A DNA stretch of 32,000 bases, from positions 1,230,001 to 1,262,000 of the forward strand of contig NZ_AP013043.1 in the NCBI RefSeq assembly GCF_016592615.1. The letters are read 5' to 3'. This DNA is from Isorropodon fossajaponicum endosymbiont JTNG4. Its GTDB lineage: Bacteria > Pseudomonadota > Gammaproteobacteria > PS1 > Pseudothioglobaceae. Shown here piece after piece: positions 8,967-20,157 of this stretch (position 1 is its first letter; every line of letters starts with the position of its first letter). A model generated the notes under the pieces. The model searched no databases, was not told the DNA's origin, and was given only the letters and a program-made list of their open reading frames with translations. The position numbers were made by a program, and so were the translations under genes.

Positions 8967-9814
8967 TAAGTATTACCACCATCCAAAGAGCGCTCTACTT
9001 CAAGCAAATGAATACGTCTAGAGTCGGTTTTTAAAATTTTAAAATCAAAGCCTTGTAGTGATATCTCATCCATCTGCTCAGGCAAACGAGTAAAGCCCTT
9101 AATTACCAAGCCAGCCACTGTGTCAATATTTTCAACTTGTAATTTCACCCAGAAGAACTCATCAAATTCTTCAATAGGGGTGTTGGCTTTAAGTAAAAAT
9201 CTACCTTCACCAAGATCAATAATGTTATCTTCTTCTAAATCGTGTTCATCCTCAATCTCGCCCACAATTTGTTCTAAAACATCTTCAAGGGTTACCAAAC
9301 CTGCAATTTCACCATATTCATCCATCACAATTGCCATGTGTGATTTTTTTTGTTGAAAGTCTCTTAATAATGCACCAAGGGTTTTGCTTTCTGGCACAAG
9401 AATAGAATCTCGTAAATATTCCTTATAATTAAACTCAGAGCGCTGATCGCCCGCCAAAAACTCAAGTAAATCCTTAGCCAAAATCACACCTTGGATTTTG
9501 TTCTTATTGCTATTAATAATTGGAAATCTAGAGTGTGAAGATTTGATCATAATATCAAGCAATTCTTTAGTGCTTACTTGATGCTCAATCATCACCATTT
9601 TTGATTTTGGTACCATTACATCACGCACTTCTAGCTTTTCAAGTTGCATCGTGCCTTCAATAATTGAGCGAGAATGAGAGTCAATGACATGGTTTTTCTC
9701 CGCCTCTTTGAGCACTTGTAAGAGCTCATCGCTTGTGCATAGTGGCGTATGCAAGCAACGTTTTTTAAGTCTTTGTAGAAAGGAGAGTTTCGATGGAGGT
9801 TGTTCTTCGTTCAT
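8966..9814 (-). CDS. corC: CBS-pair/CorC_HlyC domain magnesium-cobalt efflux protein
   Basis: 282 aa. VRDVMVPKSKMV, two CBS-like repeats, HMAIVMDEYGEIAGLVTLEDVLEQIVGEIEDEHD and a C-terminal transporter-associated domain. Confidence 0.9.
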   Translation of the reverse strand: MNEEQPPSKLSFLQRLKKRCLHTPLCTSDELLQVLKEAEKNHVIDSHSRSIIEGTMQLEKLEVRDVMVPKSKMVMIEHQVSTKELLDIMIKSSHSRFPIINSNKNKIQGVILAKDLLEFLAGDQRSEFNYKEYLRDSILVPESKTLGALLRDFQQKKSHMAIVMDEYGEIAGLVTLEDVLEQIVGEIEDEHDLEEDNIIDLGEGRFLLKANTPIEEFDEFFWVKLQVENIDTVAGLVIKGFTRLPEQMDEISLQGFDFKILKTDSRRIHLLEVERSLDGGNT

Positions 9815-9852
9815 TAACGTTTATGTGGATTAAAGCATTATTTTAACAAAGT

Positions 9853-10149
9853 TCAAGTTTTTTTACCACTGCGCATTTTTTTACCTTGCGCGGCTCGTTC
9901 CTTGCGTACCGCTTTAGGGTCAACAATGAGTGGACGATAAATCTCAACTCGATCTTTGTCTCTAAGTATTGTGCCAAGCTTGGCAATTTTGCCAAAAATA
10001 CCGGTTTTGTCTTTGATAAGGTCAATCTGTGGATAAATATCCAACATGCCCGATGCCTCAATCGCTTGCTTTAAGGTCGCCCCCTCGTTCACTTCTAGCT
10101 CAAGTAAGGTCTGCTTATCTCTTAAAGCGTAGGCAATCTCAATTTGCAT
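9853..10149 (-). CDS. rnfH: RnfH-family ubiquitin-like protein (UPF0125)
   Basis: From the internal ATG at 10149: [34 protein letters not shown]....GIFGK......[15 protein letters not shown], the typical RnfH/YfjF pattern. The track ORF extends upstream into hisA. Confidence 0.8.
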   Translation of the reverse strand: MQIEIAYALRDKQTLLELEVNEGATLKQAIEASGMLDIYPQIDLIKDKTGIFGKIAKLGTILRDKDRVEIYRPLIVDPKAVRKERAAQGKKMRSGKKT

Positions 10150-10870
10150 CGCAAAGTTGTTGTGCTTGTTTAAAATCAAGCGTGCCTTCATAAATCGCTC
10201 GTCCAGTAATCGCTCCCATAATACCATGATGCGCCTCAACTAATAATCCGGAGATGTCTTCCATATTGGTAATGCCACCTGAAGCAATAATGGGGATTGA
10301 AGTTTGCCTAGCAAGATTAACTGTGGCTTCAACATTCACCCCCTGCATCATGCCATCGCGCGCAATATCCGTATAAACAATAGAACTCACGCCATCTTGT
10401 TCAAATTTTTTCGATAAATCCACCATATTTAGATCCGTTTGTTGTGCCCAACCTTGTGTTGCCACCAGGCCATCATTCGCATCCAAACCCACAATCACTT
10501 TACCAGGGAATTCACGACACAGCTCAAACACAAACTCAGGATTTGTTACTGCCATCGTGCCAATAATCAAATAACTAACCCCCGCCTCAATATATGCATT
10601 AGCAATATCCATATTACGAATACCCCCACCAATTTGCACGGGCAGGTCAGGGAATGCTGATACAATCTGCATCACACTCGCTGCATTCACAGGCTTACCC
10701 TCAAATGCCCCATTGAGGTCTACCAAGTGCAATCTACGCGCCCCTCGCGCTACCCACTGCGCTGCCATATCTACTGGATTATCAGAAAACACCGTAGTAT
10801 CCTCCATCAAGCCTTGCCTTAAACGCACGCATTGTCCATCTTTTAAATCTATTGCTGGAATTATGATCAT
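10139..10870 (-). CDS. hisA: ProFAR isomerase HisA
   Basis: [20 protein letters not shown]...LHLVDLNGA...IGGGIR...GLDA....ATQGW....[16 protein letters not shown]....IASGGI. The start is placed at ATG 10870 (the track gives 10888). Confidence 0.9.
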   Translation of the reverse strand: MIIIPAIDLKDGQCVRLRQGLMEDTTVFSDNPVDMAAQWVARGARRLHLVDLNGAFEGKPVNAASVMQIVSAFPDLPVQIGGGIRNMDIANAYIEAGVSYLIIGTMAVTNPEFVFELCREFPGKVIVGLDANDGLVATQGWAQQTDLNMVDLSKKFEQDGVSSIVYTDIARDGMMQGVNVEATVNLARQTSIPIIASGGITNMEDISGLLVEAHHGIMGAITGRAIYEGTLDFKQAQQLCDAN

Positions 10871-12143
10871 TTTTCGAATCCCAGCCATTCCACTGCTAAT
10901 TTATCCCAAATAACTGACCCTAGATTTTTAGTTCCTATTTCTATAGCTTCATTATCCCAATCTTCTAAATTAGTCAACGATTTTAAATATGGAAAATGTT
11001 GAGATTGAGCAAGAATTGATTCTGTATTTTCTCCAAACTTAACCTTGCTATCTCTTAAATACTCCTTTTGCTCTTTTAAAGTTTCTGTGGATAAAGCTTT
11101 AAACATCTACATTTTTTCTTTTAATTCTTGATTGCCCACCGAACTATTCGTACTTATTGGCAATAAGGTAAGGTTTCCCAATGCGTGCTTTCTTTCATCA
11201 GTCACACCACTCCAATTATTTCTTTGTGGAGATATGTGTTCTATTGATTGAAAAAATGAATAATCAAAACCTTTGTTTAAAGTTTCAGACACTCCACTTC
11301 TAGCCTCTTCCACCAAGCCAATACCTTGGCCACTTGGAACAACACCATCAAACGCCGAAATAGGCATTAATTTACATACTTCCTTGCTCTCAGTGTAAAT
11401 ATTGATATTTTTAATTTTACTTAACCATGTTTCTTTAGAGTAAATTTTAGCCTTGTCCGTAGCCCCTTCAAATAAAAAATATCTAAATGCTTTCTTTAAT
11501 ACTTCTAAATTAATGTCATCTACATTTTTTTGTCTACAGAAGGGTGGTATTTTATTTTGTTCCTGTTCAACATTAATTCTAGGATTTTTTATACCTTTAG
11601 ACATTAATTCTCTATAACAATTATCTATGCCAGCAGTTCCTGTTCTTGCCGACCCCCACAATACAAAAAATGCAGTAACAGCTTTAATCACATCTCTAAA
11701 GTCAATGGCATCAGAATCTTCTAACAATGACTTACTGTAAAATCTAGACAGAAGCGCAATAGAAATAATGTGTTTTTTTGCTAAAACCTGTAAGCAGGTT
11801 AGCGCTACTTTGTCATTTTTCAACTCATTTATAATAATTTCATCTGGATTCTTATTTGATAAATTCCAAATATTATAAAATTTACTAGCAATAGCTAAAT
11901 TTTTAACAAGGTCTTCCTTTGTGTTAGTTTTTTTATATTCATCGCGTAGATATATTCTTTGCACTCTTAATCTTTTAGACAATGTTCTGCCATTTTCAGA
12001 TAAAGAAAATGTTGTGATTAATTGACTAGTAGATGTATCCCTTCTCTTTGGGTCGAGTTTTAAATAATCTTCTATTTGCTCCATATATTTTTTAGACTGA
12101 GAGTCAAAGTACCCTTCTAAACCAATATGTTCTACTACTTTAG
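10867..12143 (-). pseudogene. GmrSD-type (DUF262/DUF1524) nuclease remnant: 5' part removed at the IS-B border, plus an in-frame TAG
   Basis: ORF 11107-12171 contains SIEHISPQR...HALGNLTLLPISTNSSVGNQ, the DUF1524 His-Me finger pattern. ORF 10867-11106 continues in the same frame after TAG 11107-11109. The listed start codon lies inside the IS-B terminal repeat, and no DUF262 N-domain is present. Confidence 0.65.
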
Positions 12144-12172
12144 TGCAATAGTTTAACCTACTTGGACACATT

Positions 12173-12901
12173 TCAAGCCGCTTTTTTCAATTCAGCCATC
12201 TTTTGAGCAGGTGTTAAATACCCAATCGCTGAATGAATCCTTTTGTAATTATACAAGTAGATATAACCCTCTACATTTTGCACGACTTCACTATGATTTG
12301 CAAAACTTTGATAATTTAATCTCTCAGTCTTCAGACTTCTAAAGAAACGCTCCATGACCGCATTATCCCAACAATTACCTCGCCTGCTCATGCTTTGAGT
12401 AATGTTGTTCTTGTTGCAATAATCAATAAAAACTTTAGAAGAGTATTGAGTCCCTTGATCAGAGTGGAACATGTGTTTATTTGTATTGGGCTGGTGTCTA
12501 GACACAGCATTACTAAGCGCATCCTTTGCCAACTGAGCATTAGGCTGTTTTGACAATGCCCAACCAACAACTTGTCTTGAGCCTAAATCCAACACACTGG
12601 CTAAATAACTCCCACCTTGATAGGTTTTGATATAGGTAATATCACCAACCCAATGCGTATTAATTGATTGCTGCTCAAACACACGATTTAATAGGTTTTT
12701 TGCCTTTTTAAACATCAATCTAGTATTAGGGTAATAATGACGCTTTCTTGGGCGTATGGCAACTACATTGGCTTTTTTCATTAGCGTTGCAGTTTGGTAA
12801 ATACCAATGTTATAACCTTGGTTATTCAAAACTACTCGCATTCTGCGTTTGCCATAGGTGTATCCAACTTCAATAGCAGTTTGTTTGATTAATTTAATCA
12901 T
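12173..12901 (-). CDS. IS-B transposase OrfB (DDE), uninterrupted in this copy
   Basis: 242 aa with [20 protein letters not shown] and [14 protein letters not shown] (D, D, E) and the C-terminal [13 protein letters not shown]. Confidence 0.85.
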   Translation of the reverse strand: MIKLIKQTAIEVGYTYGKRRMRVVLNNQGYNIGIYQTATLMKKANVVAIRPRKRHYYPNTRLMFKKAKNLLNRVFEQQSINTHWVGDITYIKTYQGGSYLASVLDLGSRQVVGWALSKQPNAQLAKDALSNAVSRHQPNTNKHMFHSDQGTQYSSKVFIDYCNKNNITQSMSRRGNCWDNAVMERFFRSLKTERLNYQSFANHSEVVQNVEGYIYLYNYKRIHSAIGYLTPAQKMAELKKAA

Positions 12902-13026
12902 AGCGTTGGTGTTGTTGTTTACTCGCTTATCTTTGACTTGATAGTAATAACTACTGCGAGGAAGTTTGAGTAATGCTCATAATTCTTTAGTATTGTATTG
13001 TTGGCAAGCCTTGTTTATCTTGATAA

Positions 13027-13378
13027 TCATATCACTTGGTGATTGTCCACAGCGAACAAGGCTGTTGCCTTTTTTAAGATTTCATTGTCCCTTTGTGCGC
13101 GCCAAAGTTGTTTCTCAAGCAGTTGTATTGTTTGTTGTTCAGAAGTCAGCGCTTTGCCTGACTCTGGTGTTTGTCCACCAAGCTCTGCTAGGTATTGTTT
13201 TCTCCATCTGCTAACTGCTGAGGAGCAAGCTCCTGATATTATCATGATTTTTTTTATTGGTGTAATTCTCATGCACCATGAGTTTGGCATAATCTAGTGT
13301 TCCCCCCTCAAGGGGGTATTGAACAGAATGTTCAACGGTAAAAGTCACTCGTTGTTTTCTTGATTTATATTGTGTCAT
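13027..13378 (-). pseudogene. IS-B transposase OrfA, split over two overlapping frames
   Basis: Mirror of 24293-24644. AAGGAGG plus ATG opens MTQYKSRKQRVTFTVEHSVQYPLEGG..., which terminates early. The HTH end, zipper part and slippery site (SRWRKQYLAEL...NEILKKATALF) lie in the +1 frame (track ORF 13027-13290). Confidence 0.6.
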
Positions 13379-14079
13379 TACTGACCTCCTTATGGTTTGT
13401 ATTATAAGGCTATCTTTGTGTCCAATAAAATTAGACTATTGCAGTATTGTGCTACTCATGTTCTTTCTCCTTTTTGGGGATTATAAAATATGAGGGTTTA
13501 CACAATCTGGTTTACAGGGTCAAAATAAAGTTACTTTTTGTTTATAAGATTTTACCTTTGAAAGGTTATTTTTTTTGGTACTGAGTTAAGTAAAAATTTG
13601 CCAGTGCCAAATCTTCTGGATTGGTAAGTGTCTGCGTAATGTTGATACTTATTAGACAGCATGGTGTACTCTTGGCTTTTTTGCTCAAATTGCTGTGCTT
13701 GATGTTGCAACTCTAAGATTCTTACTGCAGTTTTTGCCATCGTATCCTCTAGGGCAAGGTAATCATAATCCCAAACACTGGATTTAGGTACTGAGAGCTG
13801 TTTAACCACATCACTAATGGCGTATGTTCTTTCTTCCTTAAAGCCCCATCAAGGGTGGATGATGGTTTTTATTCTACTTTGCTCATTGTATTCATAACTG
13901 CTGGTGTAGTCTTAGTTTGATTTATGCAAAGGCCTCTAGTAATGAGTTGTTGTTTTTGTTTTTTAAAATCTATATCAATCTGGCTAGACAATTTTTTTGC
14001 ACCAGCACGTCTCTGGTGGCGACTAAATGAAAACCACTTTTCAAATTTACTTTTATCTTTGCGTCCCATTATTTTTTAG

Positions 14080-14804
14080 TTAATTAGACAAAAAATTTCT
14101 AGTAACAATCCACATTCTCCATAGAGGAGGGCGACTTAGTTCATTTTTTATTTTTGCTGATAATTTCTTTTTCTTAGTTGAAATTGTTGAACCGCCTACT
14201 TTAAAATCTTGGTGAGAGAGGCAGCCTTTATCAAAACTCCAAGTTTGTACATTATGAAACCAAAGCATTTGTTGTAGCGTGTCAACAGGCGCTTTAAAAT
14301 TTTGCATTTTGTTAAAAAAAACTTGAACAGCTAACTTGCCATAAATAGCACCTTGGTTTTTAAGTGGCGGTGTTTGATAACGAATAGGCACAATGCCATT
14401 AATATTTTTTTCTTTTTTTTTGCTAGACAAACCAATCACAATATTTTCATCTTAATGTTTAAATAAAATTTCAATTACCTTCTTAAAGTTGTTATGTATT
14501 TTAACATCATTCTCTAATACAACACATGCCTTTGGAGTTATGGCTTGATACTGTCCGCCAAGCATTACGCCAGCTAAGAGCGCAGCCCGATTTCTCCTGC
14601 AGATAAAGTTGCATAATGAACCCATGAACGCTTTGATTGCTGTTGGTAAGATTGTAATATTCGGGGTTGAATTTGATGACCATCAATTGCTACCATTCTT
14701 TCAAATGGCATTTTTAATTTAGATAATTACCTATCCATATAAGACAACCTGTTAGGACCCCTGTCTAAATTAATGATATAAATAGGAATTTCTTTGATGT
14801 TCAT
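14080..14804 (-). pseudogene. Family 25 (LPS-type) glycosyltransferase, with two in-frame TAA codons and at least two frameshifts
   Basis: From ATG 14804: MNIKEIPIYIINLDRGPNRLSYMDR-TAA(14727-14729)-LSKLKMPFERMVAIDGHQ...LSAGEIG / CALS.. / QYQAITPKACVVLENDVKIHNNF..FKH-TAA(about 14452-14454)-DENIVIGLS...GAIYGKLA...APVDTL. This is the order of GT25 conserved blocks. The start overlaps the stop of the upstream gene (TAATG). Confidence 0.7.
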
Positions 14805-15532
14805 TAAATTTTCCAATATTTTTCAATCCAAGGCGATGGCTGGATGTGTCGATACCATTTTCCACTACGTCCAATAATTGCCTCGGGTGGATTGGGCAAA
14901 CCGTGGAATAAAATAACTTTTGCACCTTTGGGTATAAAAGGCGCTTGAAACCAAGACTTTATCCAAGAGGGACAACAACGATACTTAAAGCTTGGTACCC
15001 ACTCATCTGGCCAATATCTCAATTTGTCTTGTTTGTACATTTCACGTGATAAGTACGCTTGTTCATGGCGCACTTCGTTTTGCACTAATTCAGAATTTTG
15101 CTTAAAATAGCTTAAAATTTCTGAATATTGCCCAATTTCAAACCTAAATATTGATGAGTTGCCCTCTATTTTTTTTGGATTTTTCTTATCATGGGCAATT
15201 AGAAAATTACCAGAGTGAGTGAAAAACCCATCTAAATTTCCAACCACCACTATGTCTAAATCTAGAAATAAAGTAGGTCCAGATAAGCCGCCAAAGTCTT
15301 GTTTGAATACAGTTAATTTTCGCCAACCTCTTTCTAGCAATCTAGGAGGCAAATCTAACTCTGGTAAATCTTGTATTTCTACCTCATCCCGTATACCTAC
15401 ACTATTTTCAGTGAAACATACGAATCGAAATGGTATAGAAAGATGGCGAGAAACCATGCCAAAGAGTCGATTAACATATTCAACAGGAAATTTATCGCCC
15501 CATTTCATGCATATAATATTAACTTTATTCAT
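14804..15532 (-). CDS. Putative glycosyltransferase (DxD-type, nucleotide-diphospho-sugar transferase-like)
   Basis: Intact 242-aa ORF. MNKVNIICMKWGDKFPVEYVNRL..FRFVCFTE...GWRKL..F....GPTLFLDLDIVVVGNLD resembles a widespread uncharacterised GT-like family. It lies in the polysaccharide cluster. Confidence 0.55.
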   Translation of the reverse strand: MNKVNIICMKWGDKFPVEYVNRLFGMVSRHLSIPFRFVCFTENSVGIRDEVEIQDLPELDLPPRLLERGWRKLTVFKQDFGGLSGPTLFLDLDIVVVGNLDGFFTHSGNFLIAHDKKNPKKIEGNSSIFRFEIGQYSEILSYFKQNSELVQNEVRHEQAYLSREMYKQDKLRYWPDEWVPSFKYRCCPSWIKSWFQAPFIPKGAKVILFHGLPNPPEAIIGRSGKWYRHIQPSPWIEKYWKI

Positions 15533-15618
15533 TTTTTTTATCTAGTTGTTCTTTTTTTTAAACTATTCTTTTGTATAAAATTACTGGCTTGTTAATCAGG
15601 CAAAACGCCAGTTTAAGT

Positions 15619-16134
15619 CTAGCGAATTATTCTATTTATAATGCCATAACTAATAGAATATTTTATATTAATAAAGGGCATATACGGGGTATTACAATAT
15701 ATAAATCTATTTATTTTAATTGGTATTAATTCTTGTTTAAAGTATAAGGCGCAAGCCAATCTATGAGCTCCGTCTATCAACTGCTGATTTTTGTCAATCG
15801 AAACTCTGCTTTGAATGTCAAAATTATTTTTATCAATACTTTCTATTAATTTTATAAATTTTTATTCTGTTCCATCAATAAAACCTCTCTCAATTTGCAT
15901 TTTACGATACAAGGAAAAACCACAATCATTTTGATTGAAGTGGTTTTCTATTGCTAAATACCTAACTATCACATCAAACCTATTGAACTTGCCTTCTTTA
16001 AACTGACGGACTATTAACTTATTAGCTTCCTGTGCAATAATTAAGTCATTATTTGCCTTATAGGTCCATTGCAATAATTGTAATTTTTTCTTATATGACT
16101 TTAATTTATTTATTACTTTAATAATTAATTTCAT
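15619..16134 (-). pseudogene. Uncharacterised polysaccharide-cluster gene with a ParB/sulfiredoxin-like DGxHR motif, interrupted by an in-frame TAA
   Basis: ORF 15862-16134 (..VRYLAIENHFNQNDCGFSLYRKMQIERG..) continues in the same frame after TAA 15862-15864 as KFIKLIESIDKNNFDIQSRVSIDKNQQLIDGAHRLACALYFKQE... Confidence 0.45.
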
Positions 16135-16135
16135 G

Positions 16136-16704
16136 TTATTTTAATATTTTGATAAGAGTTTCTTTCAGTTTTTTAGTAGGAATTTCTTTTTCATCAACCT
16201 CATTTTTATATTTATAAATATACTCATAATGATGTTTTTTATAAGGATTCTTTTTAATCTCAGCCAATCTGAACACGACTTCATATTTTTTCGGTAAATA
16301 ACAAAATCCATTCTTAAACCTCCTATTGCAAATGGCTTTTTCTATAAAAAAAAGTAGGTAATTCTTCGTCATTTACGCTATTATCCAATTGATAATATAG
16401 TTGATTGTATTCCTCCATTCTTATTCTAAATTTTTTTACCTCTTCAATAGTTTTAATTGAAAATACATTGTTATACTTCTTAGAAAAATCCAACAAAACC
16501 TTATTAACTTTATGAAAATCCTCCCCTCCCCCTAGTAGAAAAAAATATCCAAATCTTTTCCTATCGGATAAATTATAGGGAAATATTTAGGCATATACGG
16601 AACTTCAACTTTAACAACAACGTATTTATAAGACCTTAATTCATCAAATATTTTTGTCAAATCAAGATTATATTTTTTTTTGGAAAATAAATTGATGGAT
16701 ACAT
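16136..16704 (-). pseudogene. Degraded gene(s) downstream of wzx, function unknown
   Basis: ATG 16704 lies 15 nt after the wzx stop and opens MYPSIYFPKKKYNLDL...IGKDLDIFF, which then needs frame changes to continue (..GGGEDFHKVNKVLLDFSKKYNN.., then track ORF 16136-16372). The region is extremely AT-rich with long homopolymers. Confidence 0.35.
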
Positions 16705-16719
16705 AAGTTCAATAATTTT

Positions 16720-18051
16720 TTAAATATTTTTATTTTTTGCATTTTTAGCCCATAAGCCCATAAGAAATATTGCCTGCATTTGAATGAAAAAGTATTTTTT
16801 TGTTTTCTGAAAAAAAAACATGCCGAATAAAGAAATAATTTTAGTTATAACAGTAGCATAAACAGCACCCATAACTCCAAAAATACTTATTAAAAAATAA
16901 TTTAGAATTATATTTATAAAAATATACATCATATTCAAATATAATAGCAATTTTTGCTGATTCAAAATTACAAGATAACTAGAACAAATAAATGAATTAA
17001 ACATGGCAATTAGACCAATTGACAAAACCCAAAGAAGGTCGGCACTTTCCTTATATTCTTCACCAAACAATATAAAAATAACCTCTTCAGAGAAAAAGTA
17101 TAAAAATACAACCATTATGTACGCCAATAATGTGCTGTAACTTGATAATACAAGTGTTAAATTATAGAAACTTTTGGTATTTTTATTATACTCTTTTATC
17201 AAAAAAGGACTAATAGAGTCTGCTATTATACTGGGTATGATAAATGACATTTCGTACATCATAGCAGCGACAGAATATATTCCAACAGAATATTCATCCA
17301 ACATATCTCCTATCATCACTCGATCAATTTTTGTATAAATGAGATACGACATGTAGGCAAACATCAACGACCAGCTGTCTTTCAACAGGGTAAATACTAT
17401 TGATTTTTTAAAAGTTAATTTTTGAATATTAATTTTTGAATTGGTTAAAAAGAAATATACAAAACCACAGGCCAAAATAAAACTATCAAATAATATAACC
17501 CAAGCAAAAGCAATCAATGATGCATTATTAAGAATTAATACAACTTTTATAACTGAGCTAATAAACAGGCTAATGATATTGGCATAAACCACAAACTTAC
17601 TCAGTACTTTAGCTTGAAAATACATATCAACTACATTAAAACTTTGAAAGATGGTGGCTGAAGCAATGATAAATACTAAAGCATTAGTAAAGCTGTCATT
17701 TGAGGTGAAATTAATAGCGATGGACAAAATTAACAATGTCGCAATTGCACCGATAACTTTTAGCCAAAATGCTGTTCCGATAAGTTCATTTGCACGACTT
17801 TCATCCTTAACCAACTCACGCACCACTATCCTATCAAGCCCAAGTGTGGCAATAGCTGCAAATAAGCCCACAAAACTTTGAGCATAACTGAACAACCCGA
17901 ACTGCTCTGGACCTAGATACCGGACAACCCAAATACCAACAAACAGCCCTATAACCATACGCAGGATTTTTTCTCCTAACAGCCATGATGTATTTTTAAA
18001 ATACTTCATAAAGCCACTGTGGTCTTTTAGGTCTTTAATTTTATTTAGCAC
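16720..18051 (-). CDS. wzx: Wzx-type oligosaccharide flippase (MOP superfamily)
   Basis: 443 aa with about 12 predicted hydrophobic helices. The N-terminal [35 protein letters not shown] is typical of polysaccharide flippases. It sits next to the GDP-fucose genes. Confidence 0.8.
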   Translation of the reverse strand: MLNKIKDLKDHSGFMKYFKNTSWLLGEKILRMVIGLFVGIWVVRYLGPEQFGLFSYAQSFVGLFAAIATLGLDRIVVRELVKDESRANELIGTAFWLKVIGAIATLLILSIAINFTSNDSFTNALVFIIASATIFQSFNVVDMYFQAKVLSKFVVYANIISLFISSVIKVVLILNNASLIAFAWVILFDSFILACGFVYFFLTNSKINIQKLTFKKSIVFTLLKDSWSLMFAYMSYLIYTKIDRVMIGDMLDEYSVGIYSVAAMMYEMSFIIPSIIADSISPFLIKEYNKNTKSFYNLTLVLSSYSTLLAYIMVVFLYFFSEEVIFILFGEEYKESADLLWVLSIGLIAMFNSFICSSYLVILNQQKLLLYLNMMYIFINIILNYFLISIFGVMGAVYATVITKIISLFGMFFFQKTKKYFFIQMQAIFLMGLWAKNAKNKNI

Positions 18052-18997
18052 TATCCATAGAGCATTGATAGGTTTTATTTAAGCCATCTTCCAAACTGGT
18101 TGTTGCTTGCCAGCCTAATTGACTAACTTTACTAATGTCTAAGCGTTTTCTTAACGTACCATCTGGCATTTCATCATTCCAAATAATTTTTCCTTCAAAT
18201 TTTGTTACTTTTTTGATTAATTTTGCTAATTGCTTGATGGTGACATCTTCACCAGTACCAATATTAATATGCGATAGCATTGGATTGGTGTTATTTTTGT
18301 AAATATCTTTATTGCAAGAAATAACAAAAATACACGCTTTTGCCATATCATCAACATATAAAAACTCTCGCATTGCTTTACCTGTACCCCAAACTACTAC
18401 TTCATTAGCGTTGTTGATTTTTGCTTCGTGAAAACGACGTATTAAAGCAGGAATAACGTGGGAATTTTTAGGATGGAAGTTGTCGCCTATGCCATATAAA
18501 TTAGTGGGCATAACTGAGCGAAAATCAGTATTATGTTGCCGATTGTAGGATTCACAAAGTTTGATGCCTGCTATTTTAGCAATCGCATAAGGCTCGTTCG
18601 TAGGTTCTAGTGTTGATGTTAGCAAGCATGCTTCTTGCATGGGTTGTGGTGCTAGTTTGGGATAAATACAAGAACTACCTAAAAATAATAATCGTTTTGT
18701 TTTGTTTTGATAGGCGCTGTGAATAATGTTGGCCTCTATCATTAAATTGATATAAATAAAATCAGCAGGAAATTCATTGTTAGCATAAATCCCGCCAACT
18801 TTAGCGGCAGCTAAAAAGACATATTGTGGTTTTTCCTTAGTGAAAAAATCAGCCACTTGTTGTTGGTTGGTTAAATCCAACTCGCTGTGAGTTTTGTAAA
18901 TTAGATTTACAAAATTTTGGTTTTTTAATTCTCTAATGATTGCTGAACCAACTAAACCTTGATGACCAGCAATATAAATTTTATCGTTAAGTTGCAT
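18041..18997 (-). CDS. fcl: GDP-L-fucose synthase
   Basis: 318 aa. [35 protein letters not shown] and PTNLYG are characteristic of Fcl/WcaG. Confidence 0.92.
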   Translation of the reverse strand: MQLNDKIYIAGHQGLVGSAIIRELKNQNFVNLIYKTHSELDLTNQQQVADFFTKEKPQYVFLAAAKVGGIYANNEFPADFIYINLMIEANIIHSAYQNKTKRLLFLGSSCIYPKLAPQPMQEACLLTSTLEPTNEPYAIAKIAGIKLCESYNRQHNTDFRSVMPTNLYGIGDNFHPKNSHVIPALIRRFHEAKINNANEVVVWGTGKAMREFLYVDDMAKACIFVISCNKDIYKNNTNPMLSHINIGTGEDVTIKQLAKLIKKVTKFEGKIIWNDEMPDGTLRKRLDISKVSQLGWQATTSLEDGLNKTYQCSMDSAK

Positions 18998-19007
18998 CTT
19001 GGGTTAA

Positions 19008-20102
19008 TTATTCGTTGAAATTAGGCGCTCTAAAGCCGTGTTTTTTAACCAAGGTATCGCGCTTAGCAAGATTAATGTCGTTTTCCATCATCTCATGCAC
19101 CATTTCCTCCAAGGTAATTTTTGGTATCCAGCCTAATTTTTCTTTAGCTTTGGTTGGGTCACCCAGTAATGTTTCTACCTCAGTTGGTCGGAAATAACGC
19201 GCATCAACCGCAACAATTAAATTGCCAGTTTCCATATCATAACCTTTTTCGTCCATGCCTTTACCTTCCCAGCGAATGGTTTTACCCAAATGATCCCAAG
19301 AAAAATTAACAAAATCACGCACGGAGTATTGAATACCAGTAGCAATACAAAAATCATCTGGCTCATTCTGCTGTAGCATGAGCCATTGCATCTCCACATA
19401 ATCTTTAGCATGTCCCCAATCGCGCTTGGCATCCATATTGCCAAGATAAACCGTATCTTGCAAGCCTAGTGAAATACGAGCCAATGCACGAGTTATTTTA
19501 CGAGTAACAAATGTCTCTCCACGCACCGGTGACTCATGATTAAACAAAATTCCGTTGCAAGCATACATGCCATAGGCTTCACGATAATTAACTGTAATCC
19601 AATAAGCATAAAGCTTGGCAGCTGCATAAGGAGAGCGTGGGTAAAAAGGTGTGGTTTCTTTTTGTGGTGTCTCTTGCACCTCGCCATATAACTCCGAAGT
19701 AGAGGCTTGATAATAACGAGTTTTCTTTTCCAAACCTGAAATACGAATTGCTTCTAATATGCGAAGTGCGCCAAGACCAACAGTATCTGCAGTATATTCT
19801 GGTGTTTCAAATGACACTGCAACATGTGATTGTGCACCAAGATTATAGATTTCATCAGGCTGGATTTGTTGGATAATGCGTACCAAGCTCATTGAATCAG
19901 ACAAATCGCCATAATGGAGGATAAAATTTCTATGAGAAACATGCGGGTCTTGATAAAGATGATCAATACGATCGGTATTAAACGATGAAGAGCGGCGCTT
20001 AATACCGTGAACCTCATAACCCTTCTCTAACAAAAACTCTGCTAAATAAGCACCATCTTGACCAGTTATACCTGTGATTAATGCTTTCTTTTTATTCACC
20101 AT
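19008..20102 (-). CDS. gmd: GDP-mannose 4,6-dehydratase
   Basis: 364 aa. [62 protein letters not shown] and [22 protein letters not shown]. Confidence 0.95.
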   Translation of the reverse strand: MVNKKKALITGITGQDGAYLAEFLLEKGYEVHGIKRRSSSFNTDRIDHLYQDPHVSHRNFILHYGDLSDSMSLVRIIQQIQPDEIYNLGAQSHVAVSFETPEYTADTVGLGALRILEAIRISGLEKKTRYYQASTSELYGEVQETPQKETTPFYPRSPYAAAKLYAYWITVNYREAYGMYACNGILFNHESPVRGETFVTRKITRALARISLGLQDTVYLGNMDAKRDWGHAKDYVEMQWLMLQQNEPDDFCIATGIQYSVRDFVNFSWDHLGKTIRWEGKGMDEKGYDMETGNLIVAVDARYFRPTEVETLLGDPTKAKEKLGWIPKITLEEMVHEMMENDINLAKRDTLVKKHGFRAPNFNE

Positions 20103-20157
20103 CTCGACTCCATAAAAAAATTCTCAACACGTTAATATATTTATACACTCTAATTAT

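Larger units (their letters stand above)
12144..13443 (-). mobile_element. IS3-family insertion sequence, copy 1 (called IS-B here)
   Basis: Recurs inverted at 24228-25528. The interior ORF translations are identical apart from one extra G in the other copy. TG...CA ends with imperfect ~27-bp inverted repeats (TGCAATAGTCTAATTTTATTGGACACA and TGCAATAGTTTAACCTACTTGGACACA). orfA/orfB layout with A AAA AAG. Confidence 0.9.

Noticed and set aside
13552-14069. Track ORFs 13552-13809 and 13869-14069, between IS-B copy 1 and the GT25 pseudogene.
   Set aside because: No recognisable motifs. The frames are interrupted by stops when extended. They may be further polysaccharide-gene debris, but I cannot support a call.
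15686-15703. GGGGTATTACAA followed by TATATAAA, resembling the IS-A right end (GGGGTATTACAAGTATAAA), as a possible solo IS end.
   Set aside because: Only about 12 contiguous matching bases, with no further IS sequence on the inner side. It lies inside the reading frame of the DGxHR-motif pseudogene (..IYCNTPYM..). Chance or target mimicry cannot be excluded without a genome-wide search.
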